In this document: one piece after another, positions 1 through 9,021 of the stretch
Layout of the letters: every line of letters starts with the position of its first letter
Numbering within the stretch: the first letter of the stretch is position 1
NCBI GenBank assembly: GCA_964530325.1
Contig: CAZHAX010000015.1
Coordinates: 516 to 64,515, forward strand
Reading direction: 5' to 3'
Length of the DNA: 64,000 nucleotides
Source: an uncultured Anaerolineales bacterium
Lineage (GTDB): Bacteria; Chloroflexota; Anaerolineae; B4-G1
Made by a program: the position numbers and the translations under genes
The notes under the pieces: model-generated
The model's database searches: none
Seen by the model: only the letters and a program-made list of their open reading frames with translations
Told to the model about the DNA's origin: nothing

Positions 1-1391
1 GCCAGGTCCTCGTACTCGTCGCCGTGGTCGAGCACGCGGCCCACCAGATCGGGCAGGACGGCCAGGTCATCCACACGCTGCCGAAGCGCGTCGCCCTTCA
101 GCACACCTCTCATCTCGCCCAGGTAGCAGCCCAGCATGTAGAGGTCGGCCAGGCTGGCGGTGAAGGCCTTCGTCGAGGCGACGCCGATCTCCGGCCCGCT
201 GTGCATAAGGATGTGGCCGTCCGAGGTGCGCTGCGCCTGGCTGCCGATCACGTTGACGATGCTCCAGACCGGTGCCCCCTTGCTCTTCGCTTCCTCCAGA
301 GCGGCGAGCGTGTCTACCGTCTCCCCGCTCTGGGTTATGGCCAGCACCACGTCGTGCGGGCCCAGGATCGGGTCGCGGTAGCGGAACTCGGACCCGTAGT
401 CCGTCTCCACCGGCAGCCTGGCCAGTCTTTCGATCATGAACTTGCCCACGAGCGCCGCATAGGCGGAGGTGCCGCAGGCGACGATGAACAGCCGCTCCAG
501 CCCCTTCGCCTCCTTCGCCGTCAGCTCCAGGCTCTCCAGGCGGACCCGCCCGGCCTCGAAGTCGGCCCGGCCGCGGATCGTGTCCGTGATCGAACGGGCC
601 TGCTCGTAGATCTCCTTCTGCATGAAGTGGCGATAGGTGCCCTTGGCGGCGGCAACCGGATCCCAAGGTATGGTAGTGATCTCCGGGGCCACCTCCTCCC
701 CGGCGAGCGTGCTCACCCGGGCGCCTTCCCGAGTCACCACCGCGATCTGCCTGTTCTCCAGGAACAGCATGCGCGGGGTGTGCTTCAGAATGGCGGGTAT
801 GTCCGAGGCGACGAACATCTCCCCCTCGCCGATGCCGATGGTCACTCCTCCGGCGTTGCCCAGTCGAACGGCGACCAGCTTGTCCGGCTCGTCCTGGCTG
901 AGGAAGACGAACGAGTTCGCTCCCTTGACCCGCTCCATTGCCCGGCGCACCGCGGTCAGCAGGTCCGCTCCGCCGGCCATGAATCCGCTCACCAGGTGCA
1001 CCACCAGCTCGGTGTCCGTCTCCGAGGCAAACTTGCGGCCCTCGGCCTGAAGCTCCTCCCGCAGGGCACGGTAGTTCTCTACGATCCCGTTGTGCACCAC
1101 GGCTATCTTCCCGTCCGGGCCTAGATGGGGATGGGCGTTTCTCTCGGCAGGCTCGCCGTGCGTGGCCCAGCGGGTGTGGCCGATGCCGATCCGCCCGGAA
1201 AGGGGCGACCCGTTCACCTTCTCTACCAGGCGGCCCAGCTTGCCTACGTCGCGGCGCACGCCAATCGAGCCATCCGATCCCACGACGGCTATCCCGGCCG
1301 AATCGTAGCCCCGATACTCGAGCCGTTTCAGGCCCTCGAGGATGATCGGCGTGGCATCTCGCCCGCCCACGTAGCCCACGATTCCGCACAT
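1..1391 (-). CDS. glmS: Glutamine--fructose-6-phosphate aminotransferase GlmS, N-terminal ~463 codons (3' end of the gene runs off the window edge)
   Basis: Reverse-complement ATG at 1391 gives MCGIVGYVGGRDATPIILEGLKRLEYRGYDSAGIAV..., the class-II glutamine amidotransferase N-terminus, followed by SIS-domain sequence. The frame is open to position 1. It is absent from the ORF track because it has no stop in the window. Confidence 0.9.
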   Translation of the reverse strand, partial: MCGIVGYVGGRDATPIILEGLKRLEYRGYDSAGIAVVGSDGSIGVRRDVGKLGRLVEKVNGSPLSGRIGIGHTRWATHGEPAERNAHPHLGPDGKIAVVHNGIVENYRALREELQAEGRKFASETDTELVVHLVSGFMAGGADLLTAVRRAMERVKGANSFVFLSQDEPDKLVAVRLGNAGGVTIGIGEGEMFVASDIPAILKHTPRMLFLENRQIAVVTREGARVSTLAGEEVAPEITTIPWDPVAAAKGTYRHFMQKEIYEQARSITDTIRGRADFEAGRVRLESLELTAKEAKGLERLFIVACGTSAYAALVGKFMIERLARLPVETDYGSEFRYRDPILGPHDVVLAITQSGETVDTLAALEEAKSKGAPVWSIVNVIGSQAQRTSDGHILMHSGPEIGVASTKAFTASLADLYMLGCYLGEMRGVLKGDALRQRVDDLAVLPDLVGRVLDHGDEYEDL

Positions 1392-1512
1392 ACTCGCCTC
1401 CGGCCGACTTGCCCCCGCCTGGCGCTATCCTGCAGGCCCCGGCGAGGGCTTTGGCTTTCGATTATAGCATGCTGGCCGGCTATCTCCCAGCAGTCTCCTC
1501 CGTGTCGCACGG

Positions 1513-2823
1513 CTACCAGGCGTGCCAGGGGAACTCTGCAGCGCGAGCGGGTACCCCGAGTTCCTCTTCGATGTCCGCCGGCATCATGCCGTCGAGCGAC
1601 TCGCCCCGCGGTCCGCCGAACATGGCGCTGGGAAGGACGACGCCGTCGCCGGGCCCGGCCGCCTTCAGCTGGTCGACGACGTCGTGCCCGGCGAGCAGGC
1701 CGGCCGCCGTGATCGTGGAGGCGAAGAGGCGATTCTCTATCGGCACAACCCGTACACGGGGCAACTTGGGGATCGTTCGGCGCAGCACCGGAGCGAACTG
1801 CTCTCCGGTGACCAGCGTGATCTCTCCCTCGCCGGCAGCCGGCGACCGCCGGCTGCGCGCCGCCTCCAGGTACTGGCGCACCAGTCCCACCCCGTTCTCC
1901 GTCAGGTCGAGCCCGTCGTACGCTGATAGAGGGGGCACCTCTCGATCCAGCCTGAGGTACCACTCGTCGGAGAGGTAGGCGAAACCGGCGCCCAGCTCCT
2001 TGCGCAGCCTTGTCTGCCAGCCGGCCACCTGGTCCAGGATCCGCTCCACTTCACTGGTGCTGTGCAGGCGCAGGCCTGACCTGTTGAACCGGGTCAGCGC
2101 TACAGGGACGATGCTCAACGAGCGGACGGCGGGGAAGAGGCCGGCCAAGTCGCCGATCGACTGGTCGAGATGGCGGCCGTCGTTCACCCCGGGCAGGACG
2201 ACGATCTGGGCGTGCACCTCGATTCCGGCCCGGGCCAGCCTTCGCAGTTGGGGCATGACGGCCGGCGCCCCCGGGTTGGCCAGCAGGCTGCGGCGCAGGC
2301 CGGTCTCCGTGGCGTGCACGGAGACGAAGAGAGGGCTCAGACGCTGCCGGCGGATTCTTGTCCAATCCGAGCGATCCAGATTGGTGAGCGTCACGTAGTT
2401 GCCGAAGAGGAAGGAGTACCTGTAGTCATCGTCCTTCACGTAGAGCGACCGGCGCAGGCCGGTGGGCATCTGAGCGACCGAGCAGAAGGAACAGCTGTTG
2501 TTGCACAGACGGATGCCATCGAACGTCGGCCTGGCGAACTGGATGCCGAGCGGCTCGTCGTAGCCTCGGTCGCCATCAGCGCGGATCTCCTTCGAATCCC
2601 GTCGCATCCGCAGCCGGACGGGCCCCGGCGCCGCAAGGAACCTGAAGTCGATCGCGTCCTGAGGCTCCCGGCCATTGACCGAGACGATCTCGTCGCCCGG
2701 GCAGAGACCCAGACTGGCGGCGAAGCTGCCCGGGTCGATCGAAGAGATGACACCGGAATTGGGCTTGGCGGCAGCACCCTCTTCGCGGGAGAGGAATAGG
2801 CGATGCCCCTTCTTGTTCTTCAT
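1513..2823 (-). CDS. Radical SAM protein with PDZ domain (DUF512 family Fe-S oxidoreductase)
   Basis: CNNSCSFC (CxxxCxxC) radical-SAM cluster motif. N-terminal PDZ-like segment (GDEIVSVNG). Overall DUF512/TIGR03279-like layout. Confidence 0.75.
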   Translation of the reverse strand: MKNKKGHRLFLSREEGAAAKPNSGVISSIDPGSFAASLGLCPGDEIVSVNGREPQDAIDFRFLAAPGPVRLRMRRDSKEIRADGDRGYDEPLGIQFARPTFDGIRLCNNSCSFCSVAQMPTGLRRSLYVKDDDYRYSFLFGNYVTLTNLDRSDWTRIRRQRLSPLFVSVHATETGLRRSLLANPGAPAVMPQLRRLARAGIEVHAQIVVLPGVNDGRHLDQSIGDLAGLFPAVRSLSIVPVALTRFNRSGLRLHSTSEVERILDQVAGWQTRLRKELGAGFAYLSDEWYLRLDREVPPLSAYDGLDLTENGVGLVRQYLEAARSRRSPAAGEGEITLVTGEQFAPVLRRTIPKLPRVRVVPIENRLFASTITAAGLLAGHDVVDQLKAAGPGDGVVLPSAMFGGPRGESLDGMMPADIEEELGVPARAAEFPWHAW

Positions 2824-2942
2824 AGCTTTCTCTGGCTGCGCCCTGGCCGGCGGCAGCGGCGGCCGGCAGCCACATCCTACCTCGATCCGGAGACCAGCGC
2901 AAACGACTCTGGGCAGAGCGGCCGTTTGCCCGCCCGCCGCAC

Positions 2943-2958
2943 CCCTAGTATACTAGGG
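2943..2958. promoter_or_regulatory. Perfect 16-bp palindrome CCCTAGTA-TACTAGGG in the divergent intergenic region between the rSAM-PDZ gene and the STAND regulator gene. Candidate operator, with a TATACT -10-like core.
   Basis: Read directly from the sequence. It is self-complementary over 16 bp, about 65 bp upstream of the GTG start at 3023. Confidence 0.5.
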
Positions 2959-3022
2959 CAACTCGTCGTTTTTCACCGAAGCAGTATCTCGGGGATAGTC
3001 GGCGATTGCGGGGACCCGATCA

Positions 3023-6000
3023 GTGTCCGACCTGACCCTCGTCCGCTCGAAGCTGCTTGCGCCCAGCCCGGCCGGGCTTCTGCACCGGGGGCGCGTCTGC
3101 GCCAGCATCGAGCGGGGGCTGGAGAGCAAGCTGACCCTCGTCTCCGCCCCGGCCGGCTATGGCAAGACGAGTGCGCTGATCGACTTTGCCCGGTACTGCG
3201 CCGTCCCTGTCTGCTGGTACACCGCTGACGAGCGGGACCGGGACGTGGGCCTCTTCGTCGCCTACCTGGCGGGGGCGATCGGCGAGCGTTTTGCCGGGTT
3301 CGGGGAGCGTACACAGGAGGCGCTGTCCGAACCGGCCACCGATCTCTTCCATGATCCCACCGCCGTCGTCGCCGACCTGGTCAACGAGATAGTCGAGATC
3401 GGCGAACCGTTCGTCGTCATCGTGGACGGCTACGGCGCGCTCGACGGGGCGCTGGGCGTGCGCTCGTTCGTGCGCCGGCTCCTGGAGGTCTTCCCGGCTA
3501 ACTGCCATCTGATGCTCGCCAGCCGCGTCCTGCCTGAGGTGCCGGTCACCCAGCTGGTGGCGCGCCAGGAGCTGGTGGGCGTCACGGCTGGGGACCTGCG
3601 CTTCGACGCCGAGGAGATCCAGGCGCTCGCCCGGCTCTCGGAGCGGGAGCTCTCGGCAGGGCAGGCGGAGACAATAGCGGCGGGGTCGGAGGGCTGGATC
3701 ACCGGCGTTCTGCTGCTGGCGGGCGCATTGCAGGGGGAGGCGGCTGGTGAGGTGCTGGCCACGGAGAAGGCGACCGCCCAGACGTATGGCTACCTGGCGG
3801 GCGAGGTCTTGAGCCAGCAGCCGCCCGACGTGCAGGAGTTTCTGACCACCTCGGCGGTGCTGCGGGAGATGTCCGTCCATCTGTGCCGGGAGGCGCTGGG
3901 CATGAAGCGGCCGGCGAGCCTGCTGGGGGAGTTGGAGCGCCGGAACCTGTTCGTGACGCGGTTTGGGAAGGGGAAGGGCGCCAGCTACCGCTATCACAGT
4001 CTGTTCCGCGACTTCCTGTATGGGCAGCTGGGCACGCGGGACGGGGCGCGCAGGGCGGCGCTGCATGGCCGGGCGGGCGAGTGGTTCGAGGGGCGGAACG
4101 AGATCGAGGAGGCGGTGTACCACTACCTGGGTGCGGAGGCGTATCCGCGGGCGACGGCGCTGATGGAGCGCGTGGCGATGGAGTGGTTCACGCGGGGGCG
4201 GGTGGAGACGATACTGCAGTGGGCGGAGGCGCTGCCTGGCGAGGTCAGGTCTCAGGCCCCCCGTTTGCTCGTCTACCAGAGCAAGGTGCTGACCGACAGG
4301 TCGGAGAACGAGAAGGCGCGGCGGGGGCTGGACGATGCCGAGGCGGGGCTGGCGGGCCGAGAGGCTGACCCTGCTCTGCAGGCCAAGATACACAATCAGA
4401 GAGCCACACTCGCCCTGCGCGAGGCGCGATTCGAGGATGCACTCAGCGAGGCCGAGGCAGCCATCGGGCTGCTCGCCCACGCGGACGTTCGAGAGCGGGC
4501 CAGCGCGTTGAGGAACATGGGCAAGGGCCACGTTGGCTCGGGGCGCATTGACGAGGGCATCGGTGAGCTTCAGCGCGCTCTGGACCTCTATCGGGAGGCG
4601 GGCAGCTCCTACGACGTCGTCGCTGTGCTACAGGACCTGACCGTCGGCGTCGCCCACGCCGGACGCACTGATGAGGCCTCCCGCTACGCAGATGAGGCGC
4701 TGGCCAGTGCGCGTAGGCTAGGCTCGCCGTTTCTGCTGTCGGGCCTCCTTAACAACCTGGGGTGGCTTCAGCACATCCGCGGCGACTACGCTCAGGCGCT
4801 GGCCGTCTATCGGGAGGGCCTGGCTGCGGCACGCGCGGCAGGTTCGCTGATCTGGCATGCGTACCTGTGTGCGGGGATGGCGGACTTGTACCGGGATGTT
4901 GGCTCGTACCAGCGGGCGGAGCCGCTCTACCGGTCGGCACGCCAGACTGCCCGGGAGGTGGATCCGGCGCTGGCGGTCTACATCTCTGCAGCGGAAGCGG
5001 ACATGTGGAGATGGGAGGGAAACCAGGAGAGGGCCCTGCAGCTTGTCGAGGAGGCACGCGCGCTGGCGCGGGACACAGGGCTGGAGTTCGAGGAGCGCGG
5101 GCTGGTCTCGCTTGCCCAAGGGGCGGCCCTCGCAGAGGACGGCGAGGTTGCGGGAGGCGTGGAGATACTGAAGGGGGCGGTCGAGTACCTGGCCGGGCAC
5201 CGGGCGAAGAAGGAGCTGGCACGGGGGAGGTTCCTCCTGGCGAAGGCGCACCTGCTCTCAGGAGACGAGGCTGGGGCTGTCCAGGAGGTGAAGGGGTCTC
5301 TGGACCTGGCCGCCGAGATCGGCACCTACCAGTTCGCAGCGGCGGAGGGGCAGCACGCCGATAGGTTGCTCCGCCTGTGCTCGGTCTCGGAGCTGCCGGG
5401 CTGCGCCGAGGTGCTGGCGATGGTGGAGGAGCTGAGGGCTCTCTCGGAGAAGGGGCTGGAGGCCAGTGGCGACGAGCAAGCCGAGCTTGCTGGCCATTTC
5501 GAGATCTACGCCCTGGGAGAGGGTCGGGTCGTGCGTGATGGGCGGCCGGTTGCCTCCTCGGAATGGCAGGCGGCGATGGCGAAGGAGCTGTTCTTCTACG
5601 TGCTCCTGAATGGGCCGCTGGAGCGCGACGCCATAGGCGCCGTCTTCTGGCCCGAGCTGCCGGCGAAGAGCGTCACCAGCAGCTTCCACAACGCGCTCTA
5701 CCGCGTGCGCGGCGCTCTCGGCCCGGAGGCCATCGTCGTCGACCAAGGCCGGTATCGAGTGGGGGACATCGACTACAGCCTCGACGTGGAGGAGTTCGAG
5801 GCGCTCGTCGATCGGGCGCGGCTGCTGCCGGTGAGCGATCTACAGACCCAGGACCTGTGGCAGCGGGCGGTATCGCTCTATCGCGGCGACTTCCTGCCCG
5901 AAGTGGAGCGGGTGTGGAGTGTGCCCAAGCGGGAGGAGCTGCGGGAGATGTACGTCGAGGCCCTCGTCGGCCTGGGCCGCTGCTATGAGTCACGGAGGGA

Positions 6001-6226
6001 TTTCGACGGCGCGGTAGAGTGGTACAGGCGGGCGCTCGAAGCTGACGAGCTGCGGGAGGATATCCATCGGCGCATCATGTCCTGCTTCGCCGAGGCCGAG
6101 CGCCGGTCGGAGGCTATAGCCCAGTTCCACCGCTGCCGCGATTTGCTGATGAGCGAGCTCAAGATGGAGCCCTCGGCTGAGACGAAAGAGCTGTACGAGC
6201 GGATCGCCGGGCCGGAGGCGGGGTAG
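3023..6226 (+). CDS. Large STAND-class transcriptional regulator: MalT-like N-terminal NTPase (Walker A SAPAGYGKTS), TPR-like superhelical middle, C-terminal SARP module (OmpR-type winged helix + BTAD)
   Basis: N-terminus aligns with MalT (SKLLAPSP...LTLVSAPAGYGKT). Central region has repeated TPR-like helices. C-terminus (ELFFYVLLNG...YRGDFLPEV...BTAD-like helices...ELYERIAG) matches the SARP/AfsR DNA-binding module. GTG start. Confidence 0.8.
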   Translation: MSDLTLVRSKLLAPSPAGLLHRGRVCASIERGLESKLTLVSAPAGYGKTSALIDFARYCAVPVCWYTADERDRDVGLFVAYLAGAIGERFAGFGERTQEALSEPATDLFHDPTAVVADLVNEIVEIGEPFVVIVDGYGALDGALGVRSFVRRLLEVFPANCHLMLASRVLPEVPVTQLVARQELVGVTAGDLRFDAEEIQALARLSERELSAGQAETIAAGSEGWITGVLLLAGALQGEAAGEVLATEKATAQTYGYLAGEVLSQQPPDVQEFLTTSAVLREMSVHLCREALGMKRPASLLGELERRNLFVTRFGKGKGASYRYHSLFRDFLYGQLGTRDGARRAALHGRAGEWFEGRNEIEEAVYHYLGAEAYPRATALMERVAMEWFTRGRVETILQWAEALPGEVRSQAPRLLVYQSKVLTDRSENEKARRGLDDAEAGLAGREADPALQAKIHNQRATLALREARFEDALSEAEAAIGLLAHADVRERASALRNMGKGHVGSGRIDEGIGELQRALDLYREAGSSYDVVAVLQDLTVGVAHAGRTDEASRYADEALASARRLGSPFLLSGLLNNLGWLQHIRGDYAQALAVYREGLAAARAAGSLIWHAYLCAGMADLYRDVGSYQRAEPLYRSARQTAREVDPALAVYISAAEADMWRWEGNQERALQLVEEARALARDTGLEFEERGLVSLAQGAALAEDGEVAGGVEILKGAVEYLAGHRAKKELARGRFLLAKAHLLSGDEAGAVQEVKGSLDLAAEIGTYQFAAAEGQHADRLLRLCSVSELPGCAEVLAMVEELRALSEKGLEASGDEQAELAGHFEIYALGEGRVVRDGRPVASSEWQAAMAKELFFYVLLNGPLERDAIGAVFWPELPAKSVTSSFHNALYRVRGALGPEAIVVDQGRYRVGDIDYSLDVEEFEALVDRARLLPVSDLQTQDLWQRAVSLYRGDFLPEVERVWSVPKREELREMYVEALVGLGRCYESRRDFDGAVEWYRRALEADELREDIHRRIMSCFAEAERRSEAIAQFHRCRDLLMSELKMEPSAETKELYERIAGPEAG

Positions 6227-6731
6227 GAGGAGGCCTCGAGACTGCCCGATCATGCTATGAGGTTTGCTCATAGGCCTGTGGTATTCTTCTCCTGCGTGGG
6301 TCGGGGTCTGCGAAACCCGCCCGTCGAAGACGAGACGGCGGGCAGCGGGAAGCCGGCTCGCCCGGGGAAGATAGAGCGGCTAGCACGTAACCGGGTGCAT
6401 GTCTCTGAGGTGGAATGCTCTGAGGAGTGTGAACGGGGCGGGAGCACTCCGTCAAAGGGCTGGGCCAAAGCCTCAGAGGGTGCTCCGGAGCGGCCGCCGA
6501 GTTGACCAGGGAGAGTACCTCCGGCGGGCGGGTTCGCAGGCCCCCGAAAGGCCCGCGCAGTTCCAGGGCACGGAGCGCGAGCGGCCGTGCCGGTTCTTTC
6601 TCTGAATCAGCTGACTGGGCAGCAGGAGGCCCCGGGCGGCCTTGGCTGGGAGGTGGTTGTCGAATGGCTGGGCGGAGGAGCAGACGCATAGCCGGCTGAT
6701 GGTAATGGGTAGTTCAAGAAGGGAGGTCGCG

Positions 6732-6893
6732 ATGGAGGGTAGACGCCGTCTCGGTTTGAGAATCGTTCGTGTGGTATTGTTGCTGCTGGCGCTCATTGGT
6801 GCGGCAGCCGCACCTACAGCGGCGAGTAGCACAGCTGATCCAGCTGAAGTGCCGCTGATGGCACCTGGCGGTGGCTCAGTCAGCGTGACCTAG
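6732..6893 (+). CDS. Small secreted peptide (53 aa): signal peptide MEGRRRLGLRIVRVVLLLLALIGAAAA, then a Ser/Thr/Pro/Ala-rich 26-aa tail
   Basis: AGGGAGG RBS 6 nt upstream of the ATG. Classic n-h-c signal peptide. In frame inside ORF 6642..6893. Confidence 0.4.
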   Translation: MEGRRRLGLRIVRVVLLLLALIGAAAAPTAASSTADPAEVPLMAPGGGSVSVT

Positions 6894-6905
6894 GGAGGAA
6901 CTGCG

Positions 6906-7121
6906 ATGCCTACACGCAAGATGGACGAACTGGTCTGGAAGGCCTTCACCGACTCGGAATTCAGCGGCCGGTTGTTCCGGGGCGCGAGCGGTGAAGCGCT
7001 CGCCGGCCTGGGGTTGAGCAAGGCGGAGCAGGAGGCGGTGCTGTCCGTCAGGGCGGACAGCGTCGAGGCGCTGGCGGGCGGATTGTGCGGCGCGGCGCTG
7101 ACCGCGGGCGGCCGCGCCTAG
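6906..7121 (+). CDS. NHLP/Nif11-like leader-peptide family small protein (71 aa). Leader-like region ends in AGG, followed by a 12-aa tail LCGAALTAGGRA.
   Basis: GGGAGG RBS 7 nt upstream. DELVWKAFTDSEFSGRLF...EALAGLGLSKAEQEAV matches the NHLP/Nif11 leader pattern (ELVxKAWxDxxFxxRLL...ALAE.G..L). Double-glycine motif before the short Cys-containing C-terminus. Confidence 0.5.
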   Translation: MPTRKMDELVWKAFTDSEFSGRLFRGASGEALAGLGLSKAEQEAVLSVRADSVEALAGGLCGAALTAGGRA

Positions 7122-7274
7122 CCGGCACCACCGGCCATCCTGAGTAACGGAACGGGCGCCGGTGGGTCCGCCGCGACGGCTGTCGCCCGGTCGCGGAGCG
7201 GCGCAGTTCTGGCGTTGTTTCCACGCCAACGCTGGGGCTATTGCTTTCGCTGGGCAAAGGGTCCGGAGGTGGCG

Positions 7275-7493
7275 ATGGGTACGTCAATCGAGAACATCAT
7301 CGATGCCATGTACTCCCTGCAGGAGCCGTGGCTGACCCGATTCCTGGAACTCATGGCGGCTATGGCAAACGGCGGCAAGTCGAATGGGCATAGGCCCAGC
7401 CGGTGCGAAGTGGCGGCCTGGCTGGCAGCCAGCCCGGCCCTGCGACGTGAGGTAAGACAGCTCCTGCACGCCTGGCGGGCGCCAGATGCTTGA
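7275..7493 (+). CDS. Small hypothetical protein (72 aa from internal ATG), with an ANGG motif after a 34-aa N-terminal region and a single Cys
   Basis: GGAGGTGG RBS immediately upstream of the internal ATG (MGTSIENIID...). Followed by a strong terminator. Third of three tandem small ORFs. Confidence 0.35.
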   Translation: MGTSIENIIDAMYSLQEPWLTRFLELMAAMANGGKSNGHRPSRCEVAAWLAASPALRREVRQLLHAWRAPDA

Positions 7494-7523
7494 CGCCCGG
7501 CAGCGCATCTGCCTCAATAGGGG

Positions 7524-7560
7524 CGGCCCCGCCGGAAACGGCGGGGCCGTCTGCTTCTTC
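7524..7560. terminator. Rho-independent terminator: 10-11 bp GC stem (GGCCCCGCCG GAAA CGGCGGGGCC) followed by CTGCTTCTTCC. Likely bidirectional, between the small-ORF unit (+) and the sugar-transferase gene (-).
   Basis: Perfect inverted repeat with a GAAA tetraloop, read directly from the sequence, just downstream of the stop at 7493. Confidence 0.55.
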
Positions 7561-7599
7561 CTGCTGGGAGGCACGCCGAACCTGGACTCGACTACCCTA

Positions 7600-9021
7600 T
7601 CAGTAGGCCCCGTCTCCGAATAACACCGTCGGGATCGTCCTCAGCATGATCTTGAAATCGAGCCACAGAGACCAGTTCTCGATGTAGAAGATATCGAGAA
7701 GCGCGGTCTCGTCGAAACTGAGCAGGCTGCGCCCGCTCACCTGCCACAGGCCGGTCATCCCCGGGCGGCCCTGCAGCCTTCTCTTGTGCCACTCCTCGTA
7801 GCTCTCCACCTCGTTCGGGGTGGGAGGGCGTGGTCCCACCAGGCTCATCTCGCCGCGGAGCACGTTCAATAGCTGCGGCAGCTCATCCAGGCTGGTGCGG
7901 CGCAGCAGCTTCCCCACGCGGGTGATCCTCGGATCTCTGCGGATCTTGAACATGGCGCCGTCGATCTCGTCCAGGTCGCGCAGCCGCTCCAGATGTACCT
8001 CGGCTCCCTGATGCATCGTGCGGAACTTGTACATCTCAAAAGGCTTGCCGTCCGTGCCTACCCTCGTCTGGCGGAAGACGACCGGCCTGCCGGAGTCGAG
8101 CCACACCAAGAGCGCAATCAGCCCCAGCACAGGGGCACCGAACAGCAGCAGCAGCGATGCTCCAACAAGATCGACCACCCGCTTGACGGCCAGCGCTCCC
8201 CGGCTGAACCCGACCTCGCGCACCCCCACCAGCGGCACGCCGCCGATATCGCCCACGCTGACCTGGCTCAGGCTCATCTGGAAGAGGTCGGGCACGATGC
8301 GAGCGCTCACGTCTCTCCGCTCGCACTCACGTACCACATTCATGATCTTGCGATGATACATCCAGGGCAAGGTGACGATGACCTCGTCGACCGCCAGCTC
8401 CGCTATCAGGCCGGGTAGGCTGTCGATAGAGCCCAGCCCCTTGAAGCGGCCGATATCGGCTTGACCCTTCTCCGGGTTGTCGTCCACGAAGCCGACGACC
8501 TCGTAGCCCAGTCCCGGCTGGGCGACGACGGTGCGCATGATCGTGCGGCCGACCTCCCCAGCGCCCACGATAACGATGCGCATCGTGCCGACGCCCCGGG
8601 CGCGCAGCCCGCTCTCCACAGCGCTCTGCACCAGCCTGGCCATCGAAAGAAGGAGGACGACGGCGATACCCGCCTCCAGGAAGAGCGCCCGCGAGTAGTG
8701 CACGGGCCAGAAGATGTCCAGAAAGAAGGTCGTGGCGAATAGAACGACCACAGACTTGGCCGCTGCGTTGATCACGCGATAGAAGTGATCAAGCCAGGGC
8801 CGCCCGCGCCAGTCCCGGTAGGCCCGGTCGATATGGAGAAAGACCAACATCAACATGGAGAACAGGATGCTGAACGGGACGTAGGATAAGAGAGGGTGTA
8901 CCTGGACGACGTCCCGCAGCCAGCGGAGCTCGTATCGCATCCAGTAGGCGATGAGCATGCTCCCGGCTGATAGGACCAGGTCGGAGGCGACAACCCACCA
9001 GGGGGCGCGGCCGTGCTTCAT
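7600..9021 (-). CDS. Polyprenyl-phosphate sugar phosphotransferase (WbaP/EpsL-type bacterial sugar transferase, initiating glycosyltransferase)
   Basis: C-terminal catalytic domain motifs MSLVGPRPP...[15 protein letters not shown]...[16 protein letters not shown] are diagnostic of the PGT family. N-terminal TM helices plus a Rossmann-like segment ([10 protein letters not shown]). Confidence 0.9.
   Translation of the reverse strand: MKHGRAPWWVVASDLVLSAGSMLIAYWMRYELRWLRDVVQVHPLLSYVPFSILFSMLMLVFLHIDRAYRDWRGRPWLDHFYRVINAAAKSVVVLFATTFFLDIFWPVHYSRALFLEAGIAVVLLLSMARLVQSAVESGLRARGVGTMRIVIVGAGEVGRTIMRTVVAQPGLGYEVVGFVDDNPEKGQADIGRFKGLGSIDSLPGLIAELAVDEVIVTLPWMYHRKIMNVVRECERRDVSARIVPDLFQMSLSQVSVGDIGGVPLVGVREVGFSRGALAVKRVVDLVGASLLLLFGAPVLGLIALLVWLDSGRPVVFRQTRVGTDGKPFEMYKFRTMHQGAEVHLERLRDLDEIDGAMFKIRRDPRITRVGKLLRRTSLDELPQLLNVLRGEMSLVGPRPPTPNEVESYEEWHKRRLQGRPGMTGLWQVSGRSLLSFDETALLDIFYIENWSLWLDFKIMLRTIPTVLFGDGAY

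Noticed and set aside
24-1389. ORF-track entries 24..1124 (+) and 67..1389 (-), long low-complexity Arg/Gly-rich translations
   Set aside because: They are alternative frames of glmS. The third minus frame reads MCGIVGY... and gives an unambiguous GlmS protein. High GC inflates spurious ORFs.
6906-7121. Interpreting the NHLP-like ORF as a nitrile hydratase accessory gene
   Set aside because: No nitrile hydratase alpha/beta subunit genes are nearby. NHLP-type leaders are known in RiPP precursors independent of nitrile hydratase.
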